From assembly GCA_051294375.1 (NCBI GenBank), contig CM119268.1, positions 24,026,349-24,090,348 on the forward strand: a DNA stretch of 64,000 nt. Direction: 5' to 3'. Below, in pieces: positions 26,944-39,900 of the stretch. How positions within the stretch are numbered: the first letter of the stretch is position 1; each line of letters starts with the position of its first letter. The notes under the pieces were generated by a model that ran no database searches, was not told the origin of the DNA, and saw nothing but the letters and a program-made list of their open reading frames with translations. Made by a program: the position numbers and the translations under genes. The stretch comes from Paraspadella gotoi (Eukaryota > Animalia > Chaetognatha).

Positions 26944-27932
26944 CCTTGGAAGAAGCTGCTACAGAATTTGCAGCACCTTTCAGTAATTGTAAAAGAGGAA
27001 TTGCAACAGAATTTGCAGTAATTCGCTTGTGAAGACAAAAAGAATTAGTAAAGTGAATTAAAAAGAGATTTAAAATGAGATTTATGAAGAGATTTTTAAA
27101 GAGACATTAAAATCTACAAACAATTTTAGAATTTGATACTTTTTAAAGCTGTCTGTTCAGACAGTAGTTTAAATTTAATTTAATTAAGTTAGTTAGCTAT
27201 CTGTTTTTGTTCTTATAGCTTTTGAAATATCAAATGTTTGTAGTTGTGCCGCGAGAACTTTGTCATTTTGTCGGTCGTTTGGTCGGTCATTCTGTCGGTC
27301 GTTTGGTCGGTCATTCTGTCGGTCGTTTGGTCCGTCTGTCCCACTTAGGCTTTAAACGCTCATATAAAATTGTATTGTATTGTATTGTATTTATTAATAC
27401 AGCGGGTCCGAGGACCATGGCTCACATTGGTTTTACAAAAACACGCTCATATTAAAGCTCGATTTACCTCGGTTGATCTTTTGTTATTTTTGCTGACATG
27501 GAAAGAATCTCGAAGACAAGCAATTGCGAGCGCTGACTTTTGTTTTAAAAGAAATCGTATTAAAAACAAAAGACATTTTTCCGATCCAGTGCGAGTCGAA
27601 CGCTCTTTGTCCTCAGAATAATAGAAAGAAAGAAAGAAAGTAAGAGAGAAAGAAATAAGGAAAGAAATTCGTTTCTTATTCTTAATAAAAATTTGTTTTA
27701 CTAAATTAAGTTTCTAACAAAAGTTGAAGTAAAGAATAAAAATATTTATGACGAAAACGACGACGAAAACGACGACGATTACGACGACGACGAAATGTGC
27801 AAGATAAGCTTAAAGTGAAAGTAAAGCCTGTCGTCTTAGAAAGAAGAAATAAGGAAAGACAAGACTCGTCGATGAAAAAAGGAGACTTAGAAACAAAGAA
27901 AACCTGAGACTCTGACCGACAAGAAAACGGAA

Positions 27933-30900
27933 ATGGGTCAAGGGTCTTCTCTCAACATTCCTGCTCCCGTTGGAGGCCTACGTTTGTTTTCCATGACCTT
28001 CACTGGAAAATTGGGTCAGTTTGGCTTCTGAGTCAGTTTAGACCCAAACTGACCAGTTTAGATCATTTTCCAATCAGATTATTGAGTCACGTTAAGCTTG
28101 AATATATTCATAAACTCGGGTTACAAACTATTGCTATTAACTATTAATTATTAACTATTGTTAACTTTAAGAAATGTCCTTGGCTAAATTATAATTAATA
28201 TTTATTTTTTCTCTTTAGTTCGAGATTCCGTCTGCCTTCATTATTGCAGAGAGGACGTTATTTCCAGTATAATTGGAATCATCAATGAATTTTGGCCACC
28301 TGGAGTTCAATGGATGGACCTGAGCCAAAGGTTAGACCTTGGAGTTAAATGGGATGGACCTGAGCCAAAGGTTAGACCTTGGAGTTCAATGGATGGACCT
28401 GAGACAAAGGTTAGACTTTGGAGTTAAATGGGATGGACCTGAGCCAAAGGTTAGACTTTGGAGTTCAAGGGATGGATCTGAGCCAAGGTTAGACCTTGGA
28501 GTTCAATGGGATGACTGAGACAAAGGTTAGACCTTGGAGTTAAATGGGATAGACCTGAGCCAAAGGTTAGACCTTGGAGTTCAATGGGATAGTCTTGTGG
28601 AATAATTTGGTTCACTTTCAAAAGATATTAAAATTTTCGAAGTTAGACTTTTAAATAGTAAATTAGATACGCATGATAGTCTGATTGCAAAGAGTCGAAT
28701 GAATTTGCATGTGTGTGGCGGTAAATTCACACCGCCTCACGTCCATCCATCCGTCAGCCAAATCCATTGGCTCAGAGGGGGAACACACCATCCCAGGCGT
28801 AGTGTTCCTTCCACAGTCCTAACGACTTCCCTCTGCGTTGGCAAAGCGAGACCGTCCTAGGGTAACCGCGCCAGTGACTGGAGGCGGTTACTGAGGGTCG
28901 GAAGCCCCAAAGCCACAGTGAGATGCCCCATCTCAATGGTCATCACAGGCAACCCAGCTGTTGCCATAATGTAATCCAGGTTTCATAAACTTTAACTAAA
29001 TTGACTTTCTCTTTTATCTCTCTCTATATAAAAAAATGCTACATTGTACAATTAGCTAATTGATTTTATTCGTTTTTTCAACCAAATTTACTCTTTATGA
29101 CCCTTTTTATTTTCGTTCTCAGGTGATCGGGTTACAGAATCAAACTTAACGGGTCACCTTTTGAAATCTCCGCCGTCGAGGAACTTCCGAGTCCATTTGG
29201 GTCAAAAACCTCATGGCCAACTTTTTTCTTGAAAATGGGAAGAAAAGGTTTGTTCGGAAAAAGGTCAGAATTAAGCAACCGAGTCCCCTCGGTCTGAGAT
29301 AGCAAATTTGATAAATATTTGAATAATTTTTACGTACGTTTCGCCGATTTCAAAAGATAATGTTAAATTGTTACATAATATTAGTATTTTTATATATAAT
29401 TTTATTTAAGGTTGGCAACCCCTCGTCTCGTCCGATCTACGTCGAATGGGTGATGCTTCAACTCTCTTTATGGTCTTGAAGCCAGAAGCCGCCAAGTCTT
29501 TCCAAGAGGCCGACAGAGTCGCCGTTGTCGGTTTACATGAGACGTCAAAACTGCAACTCATTGGCTTAGACGAAGAGACGGTGAGGAATTAGATAATTAA
29601 ATGATTATTTAATTATTAAAAGATTACGGGATTAAATCAAATCGAATTAAATTAAATTAAATTAATTAATGCATTTGAGTCAGTTAATAGATAATCAAGG
29701 GATTAAGTCATTGAAAGATTAAGTGATTAGGTGATTAAGTGATAGAGTGATTAAATGGCTTTGTGATTAGGTGATAAATTGAGTGATTAGGTGATTGAGT
29801 TTAAGGGAGAAAGGGTTTCAATAATAATGTGCTTAAGTGATTATTTATTAACTGATCAAGTTATTTAATTCTTAGGTTGATACTTTACATGTTGTCCTAT
29901 TGGGAACTTGGCACAAAAAAGTCGTCGTGAAGAATTTCACAACTGAAGNNNNNNNNNNNNNNNNNNNNNNNNNNNNNNNNNNNNNNNNNNNNNNNNNNNN
30001 NNNNNNNNNNNNNNNNNNNNNNNNNNNNNNNNNNNNNNNNNNNNNNNNNNNNNNNNNNNNNNNNNNNNNNNNNNNNNNNNNNNNNNNNNNNNNNNNNNNN
30101 NNNNNNNNNNNNNNNNNNNNNNNNNNNNNNNNNNNNNNNNNNNNNNNNNNNNNNNNNNNNNNNNNNNNNNNNNNNNNNNNNNNNNNNNNNNNNNNNNNNN
30201 NNNNNNNNNNNNNNNNNNNNNNNNNNNNNNNNNNNNNNNNNNNNNNNNNNNNNNNNNNNNNNNNNNNNNNNNNNNNNNNNNNNNNNNNNNNNNNNNNNNN
30301 NNNNNNNNNNNNNNNNNNNNNNNNNNNNNNNNNNNNNNNNNNNNNNNNNNNNNNNNNNNNNNNNNNNNNNNNNTTACTTTCTGATCACGTGACCCCAGTT
30401 CTGTGTGGTAATACGACACACACATGTACAAGAAGTATTTACTAATACTATATTAGTCTTCTTAAATTAAATTGAGTCAGTATTTCGTGAATGAATCTGC
30501 CTTTAATTAAAGGAGTATTACCCAATTAAAACGTGAGACAGACCGACTGACTGATAAGTGACTTATAGACTCTCACCACGAGTAGTCGCCGCGCAACTAA
30601 AAATATATTTAATTTTGCGCTGATTGATTTTTTTTAGGAGTTCGTGATCGATGGGAGTCCTTGGGGATTGTTGACCAACGAATTAGACGCAATAAGAAGT
30701 AGAATTATTTTATTGAGAATTTTGGAGACAATGGAGGCCATGGTAGGCATAGCCATGGTAGGCATAGCCATGGTCTAGGCATAGCCCCACTCAATGGTAG
30801 GCATAACCCACTCAATTGTTTCCCAAAAGCGCCCAATTTCTGCTAAAATTTTTAAAAATTAATTAAGATATGATTTTCATCTTCAGGGATGGCATCTCAT

Positions 30901-33900
30901 CATCAACACGAATGTGAGACCAACAACTGATACTTTGTTCTTTCTTCCTTCACCAGAAAGAGTTCACGTTAAACCAAAGGTCAATGGGTCAAAAGGTCAA
31001 GGGGTCGAGAGGTCATGGGGTCGAGAGGTCATGGGGTCTAAAGGTGAAGAATTCAAAAGGTCAAGGGGTCAAGAAGTCAAAAAGGTTAAGGGTTCACGGG
31101 CTCATTAAGTCAAAGGGTCGAAAGATCAGGGGGTCAAGCAGTTAAGGTGTCACGTGGCAAAGAGGGGTCATTTATAGGTCACGGGGTCAAGTGATCAAAT
31201 AGCTTTCTCAAGTAGCTTTCTCGTTCTGTTAAAGATAAACATTTCTCAAGTCTTTTGTCGTCTTTCTCTCTGTTCACCCTTCACTGTGCAAAANNNNNNN
31301 NNNGTCTTTCTCTCTGTTCAACCTTCACTGTGCAAAAAGGCGGAGTGAAAGTTGCAGATCAAAATTCGAATAGTTGATCATGAACAGTAGGCCGGAACAG
31401 GTTGAAAACTAGAAGTTCTCTCAAATAAATAATGGTTAAGTGACTGTTATAGAATATGAAAATAAAAATAATTTTTAAAATTTATCTTATTGATTAGTGC
31501 ACGGAAGCATTTAAAGATTATTTTATTACTATATAAAGTTTAAATTTAAAAAAAAAATTTTTAATAGATTCTGGTAGAGCTTTAAAAGTTAGATAAAGGT
31601 TATTAATACAACTTTTTAAATTGTTTTTTTGTTTTATTAATTTGTTTTATTGATAAAAATTTTAAAAAACATAAAATTCAACCAATGATGATGATGATGA
31701 TGATGATTTTTTAAGGTTTTTTCTATTTTTAACCAATTTATTTTCAAAATTTTAGAAAATTGTAATACTAACTGTCATTTAACTTTTCAAGCTCTATAAG
31801 AATCCGTTCTTAAAAAATAAAATATAAAAAAAAAATGTTGTCATTTATTATATATTAATAAATATTTAAAAGCTTCAGTGTAACAACCCAATGAACTAAT
31901 TCAAAAAGTTGCATTGAAAATCGATTTAGTAATAGATGGAAAAAAGGAATTTTTTGAGAGAACTAGAAGTTATAAAAAGTGTTCAAATTTGGCCCGCCTT
32001 AATGAACAGTCTTGGACTAAACATTGATATATAAATTTCTTTTTTAAATTTTCCTGCAAAAAGGCGGAGTGTGAAAGTTGCAGATCAAAATTCGAATAGC
32101 TTGATCATGAACAGTAGGCCGGAACAGGTTGAAAACTAGAAGTTCTCTCAAATAAATAATGTTAAGTGTGTTAGGAGAATATTGAAAATAAAAATAATGT
32201 GTTAAAATTTATCTTATTGATTAGTGCACGAAGCATTTAAAGATTATTTTATTACTATATAAAGTTTAAATTTAAAAATAAACAAATTTAATAAACTTCT
32301 GGTAGAGCTTTAAAAGTTAGATAAACAGGACTGTGAGAGAGTCTTGATTGAAAGCTTGCAGGGACCGTGCTATGTAATTATCTTGTAAGAGTGATGGAGG
32401 CCTTAAACCACCAAAGCCTCGTCCAAAGCAGGGCAAGATAGCTTATTTATTAAAATGAATGATAATTTTTATATTGGTTGTACCAATTTCATTAAGGTTA
32501 TTAATACACTTTTAAATTTTTTGTTTTTATTAATTTGTATTGATAAAAATTTTTAAAAAACATAAAAAATTCAACCAAGATGATGATGATGATTTTTTAA
32601 GGTTTTTCTATTTTTAACCAATTTATTGTCAAAAATTTTAGAAAATTGTAATACTAATTGTCATTTAACTTTTCAAGCTCTATAAGAATCCGTTTCTTAA
32701 AAAATAAAATATAAAAAAAATTTTTGTCATTTATTATATATTAATAAATATTTAAAGCTTCAGTGTAACAAACCCAATGAAACTAATTCAAAAAGTTGCA
32801 TTGAAAAGCATTTAGTAATAGATGGAAAAAAGGAATTTTTGAGAGAACTAGAAGTGTATAAAAAGTTGTTCAAATTTGGCCCGCCTTAATGAACAGTCTG
32901 GACTAACATGATATATAAATTTCTTTTTTAAATTTTTCATTTTCGCATATGCCCATATTTATACATAGTACTTACCATAGAAAAAAATTGTTCTGAGTTT
33001 TAAAAACGGATTCCTATAAAAAAAGTTGATAAAGAAAATTATATAGGACTAAGCTCTGACAAAAAAAGTCAGAGGGTTTTTTTAATATATTCTTGGACCG
33101 GCCAACTGTTAGAATGATGGCAATATTGCTATTTTTAAGTTTCAAAAAAATCCGACCATAAATATAGAAAATATTAACCAAAATCTTCGGCAAAATCCAC
33201 CCCTTCTTTGGAAGATTTTCGCCATATAAGATTTTTTCATGTTGAAAACTCTTTAGAATTCCGACATCTTAGCTCCTCTTTTATCTTTTACCTTATAATA
33301 TAAAAATTTCACCAAAATGGACTAATTCACTTTAACATGATCGTATCTATATTCAAATAACCAAATGAAATGTAAAGAAAATTTTGAGAGCCCTTCAGAC
33401 ATATTGCTATCAGATTCCCTGGATTCGGAAGTTTATTGTAAAATGACAACATACCTTAAATGCGTTGACATTGTATTGAAGTATTGAGAAATCCCTTTAT
33501 TCTTATATATAAAAATTGCATCACAAAATATCTTTCCCGAGCGGAATCCATCTGAATCGAATGGTTCGATGTCAAAATGATGGTAATTTGTCAAGACGAA
33601 AATAACAATGCGAGCCCTTCAGATGCAACAGGATCGGAATCGAGTGTTTCTTACATCTTATTTTCTTACCTGAATTTTCCCAGGCGGCGTTGACATTTAT
33701 TTGTAGTCATTATTTTAACAAAAATCTCCATTGAAAAGTTTCCTCGATTTCTAAGAACGACGTAGACTCCTAAATACNNNNNNNNNNNNNNNNNNNNNNN
33801 NNTCATTTTCGCATATGCCCATATTTATACATAGTACTTACCATAGAAAAAAATTGTTCTGAGTTTTAAAAAGCGGATTCCTATAAAAAGTTGATAAAAG

Positions 33901-36900
33901 AAAATTATATAGGACTAAGCTCTGACAAAAAAAGTCAGAGGGTTTTTTTAATATATTCTTGGACCGGCCAATGTATAGAATGATGGCAATATTGCTATTT
34001 TTAAGTTTCAAAAAAATCCGACCATAAATATAGAAAATATTAACCAAAATCTTCGGAAAATCCACCCCTTCTTTGGAAGATTTTCGCCATATAAGATTTT
34101 TTCAGTTGAAAACTCTTTAGAATTCCGATCTTAGCCTCCTCTTTTACTTTTACCTTTAAATAAAAATTTCACCAAAATGGACTAATTCACTTTAACATGA
34201 TCGTATCATATTCAAATAACCAAATGAAATGTAAAGAAAAATTTTGAGAGCCCTTCAGACATATTGCTATCAGATTCCTGAATTCGAAGTTTATTGTAAA
34301 ATGACAACATACCTTAAATGCGTTGACATTGTATTGAAGTTGAGAAATCCCTTTATTTTATATATAAAAATTGCATCACAAAATATCTTTCCCGAGCGAT
34401 CCAGTCCTTTGAAATCGAATGGTTCGCATGTCAAAATGATGGTTATTTGTCAAGAGAAAATAAAATGCGAGCCCTTCAGATTGCAACAGGATCGGAATCG
34501 AGTGTTTCTTACATCTATTCTGTCTTACCTGAATTTTCCCAGGGGCGATTGACATATTTGGTAGTCAGATTTTAACAAAAATCTCCATTGAAAAAGTCTT
34601 CCTCGATTTCTAAGAACGACGTAGACTCCTAAAATATAAGTCTTAATCCAAAAATCAAAAAACCTATACTGTTTTATACTAAATTAATTATAGATTATTT
34701 ATAATAGTTAAATATAAGTCTTAATCAAAAATTCAAAAAACCTATATGTTTTTATACTAAAATTTAATTATAGATTATTTATAATAGTTTTTAGGATTTT
34801 GACCCACTTAATAAAATAATTTTCTTATAAGAGTTATATTTCCTTGAATCAACTTTTCGTGAGGAATTCGAATCTGCTTTTAAAAATAAGAAAAAAAAAC
34901 ATTTTAAAATTTAGACATTTTGTATGTATAAATATGGGCATATGCGAAAATTGAAAAATAAAAATAGAATTATTTTTATTTAAAAATATTCACAGGTACA
35001 AACCTGTTTGTTACCTACTATTCGAATTTTGATTCTACTTGATTTTAATATTTTTGGTTTACTGTGCAACAATGAGAATCCAAAGAGAATCAGGGACCTC
35101 GTGACCATAATTTATGGGTTAGGGTTAAGTATGGGTTTAGGTATGACATAATGGTTCAGGTATGACATAAGGGTTCAGGTATGACATAAAGAGATGATCC
35201 GATTGTCAGTCTTTTCTTTCCTTCTACAGAACACCGTAGTCACCCAACGAGTTCATCCACCAAAATTAAAAGGAAAATCTTCAATGGAAAGTTCATCGGC
35301 GGAGGCTGGGTCGGTAAGAACAAAGGATTCGTCGGCAAGGACAAAGGATTCGTCGGCAAGGACAAAGGATTGGTCGGCAAGGACAAAGGATTGGTCGGCA
35401 AGGACAAAGGATTCGTCGGAAAGGACAAAGGATTCGTCGGAAAGGACAAAGGATACGTCGGCAAAGACGACATCTGTGTCGGCAATGGAGGCTCCCATGC
35501 AATCATGGTCAAGAAAAGAGGTGAGGAAATTGCCAACAGCAAAATTGTAAATATCAAACAGCAAAATTGTATGCAGTGAAACTTTTGAAGCTAAATGAAA
35601 GGATTTTTTTTGTCGGTATTGCGTCGTTTAATTTATGTAGCGAAATTAATTTCAATAGTTAAAATAAGTTATACAGAAAGGGTTATAGAAAGAAAGAAGT
35701 ATAATTAATTTGAGTTTAAAAAATTTCAATATTTATAATAAAGTGATTTTGCTAACCGAATTATTTCAAGAGAGAAAAAAATAGATTTTTACTAGCAACA
35801 TATCTGTTATTATATTAGAATATTCTTTATACTAAAGATGTTTTTACTTTGATTTATTATTTTTATGTTGTGAAAGTAGACAGAAGACAAAACTGTCATC
35901 CTTCTTCCAATTATATTATCAAATATAAAATAAATGAAATAATAATTAAATATAATACTTACATAAAATAATTTCGACTTTTATTTTAATTTAAACATTT
36001 AGTCTTATTTAGTCTAACATAAAAAAAAAGTAAAAACCTTCAACATTTTAAGACAAATTTTTTGCGGTGTATTTTTAAATAATACAAAGACAGTAAAATG
36101 AAAATAATGATATAATCATTACTTAACCTTTTATAAATATTTTGTCACCTTTTCACTCTATATTTAACCCTATATATATATTTATATATAATTATATATA
36201 TATTATTTATATTATATATATATATATATCTCTCTCTCTCTCTCTTTCTCTCCTAAGACAGAGCCCATCAGAGGAATCCGGTTCTTTCCCTGAGCAGTCA
36301 GTACAGTTTGCTACAGATACGGAACCCGGAATCGGTTCTATGTGGGGAATGGGCCTCATTGCGCAAGACTGTCTTGCTATTGTTGGTGAGGAAAATAAAA
36401 TAATTACAGTTTTAACATTGCATTGACAACCTATTTTAAAGTCTAATTGCGAAAATAATATTCGTATCGCTGTTGTTATGAGATTAGCAAAGTTAATTTC
36501 TTTTTATTTCAAAAACGATTTATTTTTAATACAAAACAGACGTTTGGCTTTAATGCGAGCGAAACATGTCAGTTTTGTATTAAAAATAAAATCGTTTTTG
36601 AAATAAAAAGAAATTCTCTTTGCTAAAGTCTAATTTTAATTTGAAGTTGATATATTTATATATTATTACACTGTTTTTTTTTAACCATGCAGTCCGAAAA
36701 TTTTCTACAATCCTGTACAGTTTCTAGTATTATTTTAAGTGCTTAAAACGATAACAAGGTGTCCTCATCAGATTTTGCGTTAGACCTACGCACAATTGAC
36801 CGGAAGTTGACGTTGACTACAACATGGAATTTTTTCTCATTTCTTTAATTGCAAGATAAGAAAATAGTTTTACAAAAATAATAATTGCCCTAATTTTAAG

Positions 36901-39900
36901 TTACTCTCATTATTTATAAGTTTTACTTTAAAATTTTTGTTTAAAAAAAGCTTCTTACCATAGTCGGGCGTGTCAAAACCGGAAATAACGCTCAAAAACT
37001 GATAAAATACGCACTATTAATAGTTTTTGATCAACTATAAATATAATGGTTTTTCTTGTCATATTATAGGTTGTATCCACAAAGAATTATCATATATATC
37101 ATAAAAAACTATCGATCAGCTCTATAGACTAAATAAACTATCAGTTACAAAAGATTCGTTTCTTAGTAACTGTTAAAATTCAAGAATTAAATATTATTTC
37201 TTTATTCGTTGCTTGAATGAGAACATCATAATGCCACAGGGGATAATGATTTAGTATTACAGCAATAACAACTACAGGAATAAAAAATTTCTAAGTATTA
37301 AAGCCATTCGTGGTGGATTTTATAAGTATAATTTTCTTACTTTTTTGGCAAACATGTTTTGATTCCTTATGAACTAATCATTTTTTAAGGCAGTCCAATA
37401 GTAAAAGTAAATCTGTTCCAGAAAAAGTCAGGTAGAAGAGAGAGAGAGAGAGAAGCAGAGAGAAGCAAATACAAAAGAACCTCTTTAGAAAATGATTTTG
37501 TTGCAGAAGAATCAAAATATTCAGCATGAAGCTAATAAAAATGAACTTGTAAATTTACTTGAACGTATCAACCTTTTAATTCAAGTCTTCATCCGCATTA
37601 GGGAACTTCGTCAACAAGTTTTTACTGTCCAAAAAATCATTGGGAGAGAGAGGAGAGAAGGAAGAAGGAGAGTGAGAATTAGGTGAGGAGTAAGGAGAGG
37701 AGAGAGAGAGAAAGAGAGAGAAAGAGAAGAGAAAAATATTTAAACAAAGATTGAGAAGAAAAGGATAGAGGTCGAGTGGAAGACAGGTTAGGTTTTAGGC
37801 CAGAGAAGAGAGCATAATATTGAAAAAAAAAAACCCATTTTCACTGTTAAAACAAAACAGTTGCTTGAACTACTTCAAACTCTTTCTATTTCCAAAACGC
37901 GACAAGAAACGGATTTCAAATAATGGTATAAATGATAATTTTTTTTTATATAGCTGGATTAAAGGTTTTTAAGGAAAGAAAAAAATGTATCACTATTACT
38001 TCTCTCAGTCTCTCTCTCTCTCTCTCTCTTCTCTGTTGACCATTTCACTTCTTTTCCAAAAACTCCCACGTTCATCTGATCTTCCAACTCTGACCACTAT
38101 CTTTCACGCCACTTTGTGGCTGCGAAACTTTAACGTCTCTTCTCTCTCTCCTCTCTCTCTCTCCTCTCTCTCTCTCTTCTCCTCTCCACACACCATTTAC
38201 TTTTGAAAAATTTTTGATAGTCCTGTCAAAAACATTTCATGAAGACTCGAAAACGAGTCGAAACATGTCTGTTTCTATTAAATAAAATTTGTTGTAGTTC
38301 AAATCTAAACTGGTTGTATTTTTCGCTAAATACAAAACACAACCTGTGAACAAACGAAAGGAATACCACAATAAGGCGAAAAGCAAAAAAAATTATAAAT
38401 CTGATTAACTTTTGAATGCACTGGATATTGTTTTCTTCTCTTCACCTGGAAAGAACTTAAAAATAGGGTATCTCTCTAAAGATTTAACATAAAAACTTTA
38501 TGAAAAAGGGACCTAACTTCCGGCTATAAGTTTTTGAGCAAAAATGATATGCCAGTAAACAAATTACTGATGAAAAACATTAATTAGTAAAGGGTATAAA
38601 AAATTAAAACCAGGATTGGTTAAAATTAGCAAAGGTCATTAAATTGAATGAAATTGAAATGAAACTTTTCGAATAATTTATAGTCCATTGGCTATTAAAA
38701 AAACAAATCTTTTTAAGATGTAATAATTGACTAATATATAGGATTTTTTATGATATGGATGGTAATCCTTTGTGATAAAGCTGTTATATAACAGTAAAAA
38801 ACCATTAACAGTCTGAATAGATCAAAAACTTTTAATAATGACATATTTTAATTGATTATCGAGCACTATTCCGGTTTGGGACACGCCCACTATTGATGAT
38901 AAACCCTTTTTTGAAATCTTTTTGTCTCAGTACTACTTATTAAATAATTATACTAATTGCAGGCTAAGTAAAAAACTACTGCCTAACTTTTCATTTGTAG
39001 TAAAATAAAAATTTCATATTGTAGTCCACGCCAACTTCCGGTAAATTGTGCGTAGGTCTAAAGCAAAATCTGATTGACGACACCTTGTTAATCGTTTTAA
39101 GCTCTTAAAATTATACTAGAAACTGTACAGGATTGTGAAAATTTTCGATTGCATGGTAAAAAAAAAACAGTGTAATATATATTTACTAATAATCTAAATC
39201 TTAACTATTTTTAGTCTGCTTATCAGAGGATCCCAACTCTATAATTCACTTTGTCGTCCGTCGGTCCGTCGGTCCGCCCCTTCAATCTTGTTCGGGCACT
39301 CACAATATCATGTCAGAACATTGAATTATGATAAATTATGCAAAAAATGATGTCCGTCCGTTTGTCTGTCCATCCGTCCGTCCGTCCGTCTGTCCCACCT
39401 TAGCAAAAAACACCAATTACTCGTGATTGGATGGATGGATTTGAATAAATTTTGAGTGTGGATAGGGAAGTGTCTGATTGAGCTGGATATGAAGTTTCGA
39501 TGGAATCGTCCGAGTGGAAATGAGTTTAAATGAAAAAAACAAAAAAATATATTTCACTATTTGAACCCCAATTACTCATGAGTGGATGGGGCGATTGACC
39601 TGAAATTTTGTATGTGGGTAGGAAAGTTTGTGATTAAGCTTGAAATCAGGTTTCGATGGAAATGAGTTTAAATGGAAAAAAACCAAAAAACTGTTTCACT
39701 AATTGATTATGCTTCTTTTTCTTTTTATATTAAATGTAAATGCAAGATGTATTAATTAATCAAATAATTAATCAGTTAATTAATAAATTAGTCAATTAAC
39801 TAATTAATAATTAATTAATCAGTCAATCAATTAAGTCAATCGTTATGGGCATTATTCTCATCGTCATCATTGCTTTTTTCGTGGTTAGTGACGAAAAGAC

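Larger units (their letters stand above)
31327..35070. mobile_element. Same fold-back family, expanded by nested MITEs and partly duplicated in the assembly
   Basis: Ends match 17068-17890. ACTGTGCAA is a direct repeat at both ends. Contains insertions 31389-32001 and about 33911-34630. Confidence 0.65.

Noticed and set aside
28310-29247. Frameshifts and a stop suggesting the four-repeat gene is a pseudogene
   Set aside because: Most are single-base homopolymer indels that compensate each other, and neighbouring repeat copies show the frame-restoring base. Sequencing error is more likely, but reads are needed.
32940-34640. Tandem duplication 32940-33777 / 33803-34635
   Set aside because: The copies flank an N-gap and the first is riddled with 1-nt indels, so this is most likely a gap-filling or haplotype artefact rather than a biological duplication.
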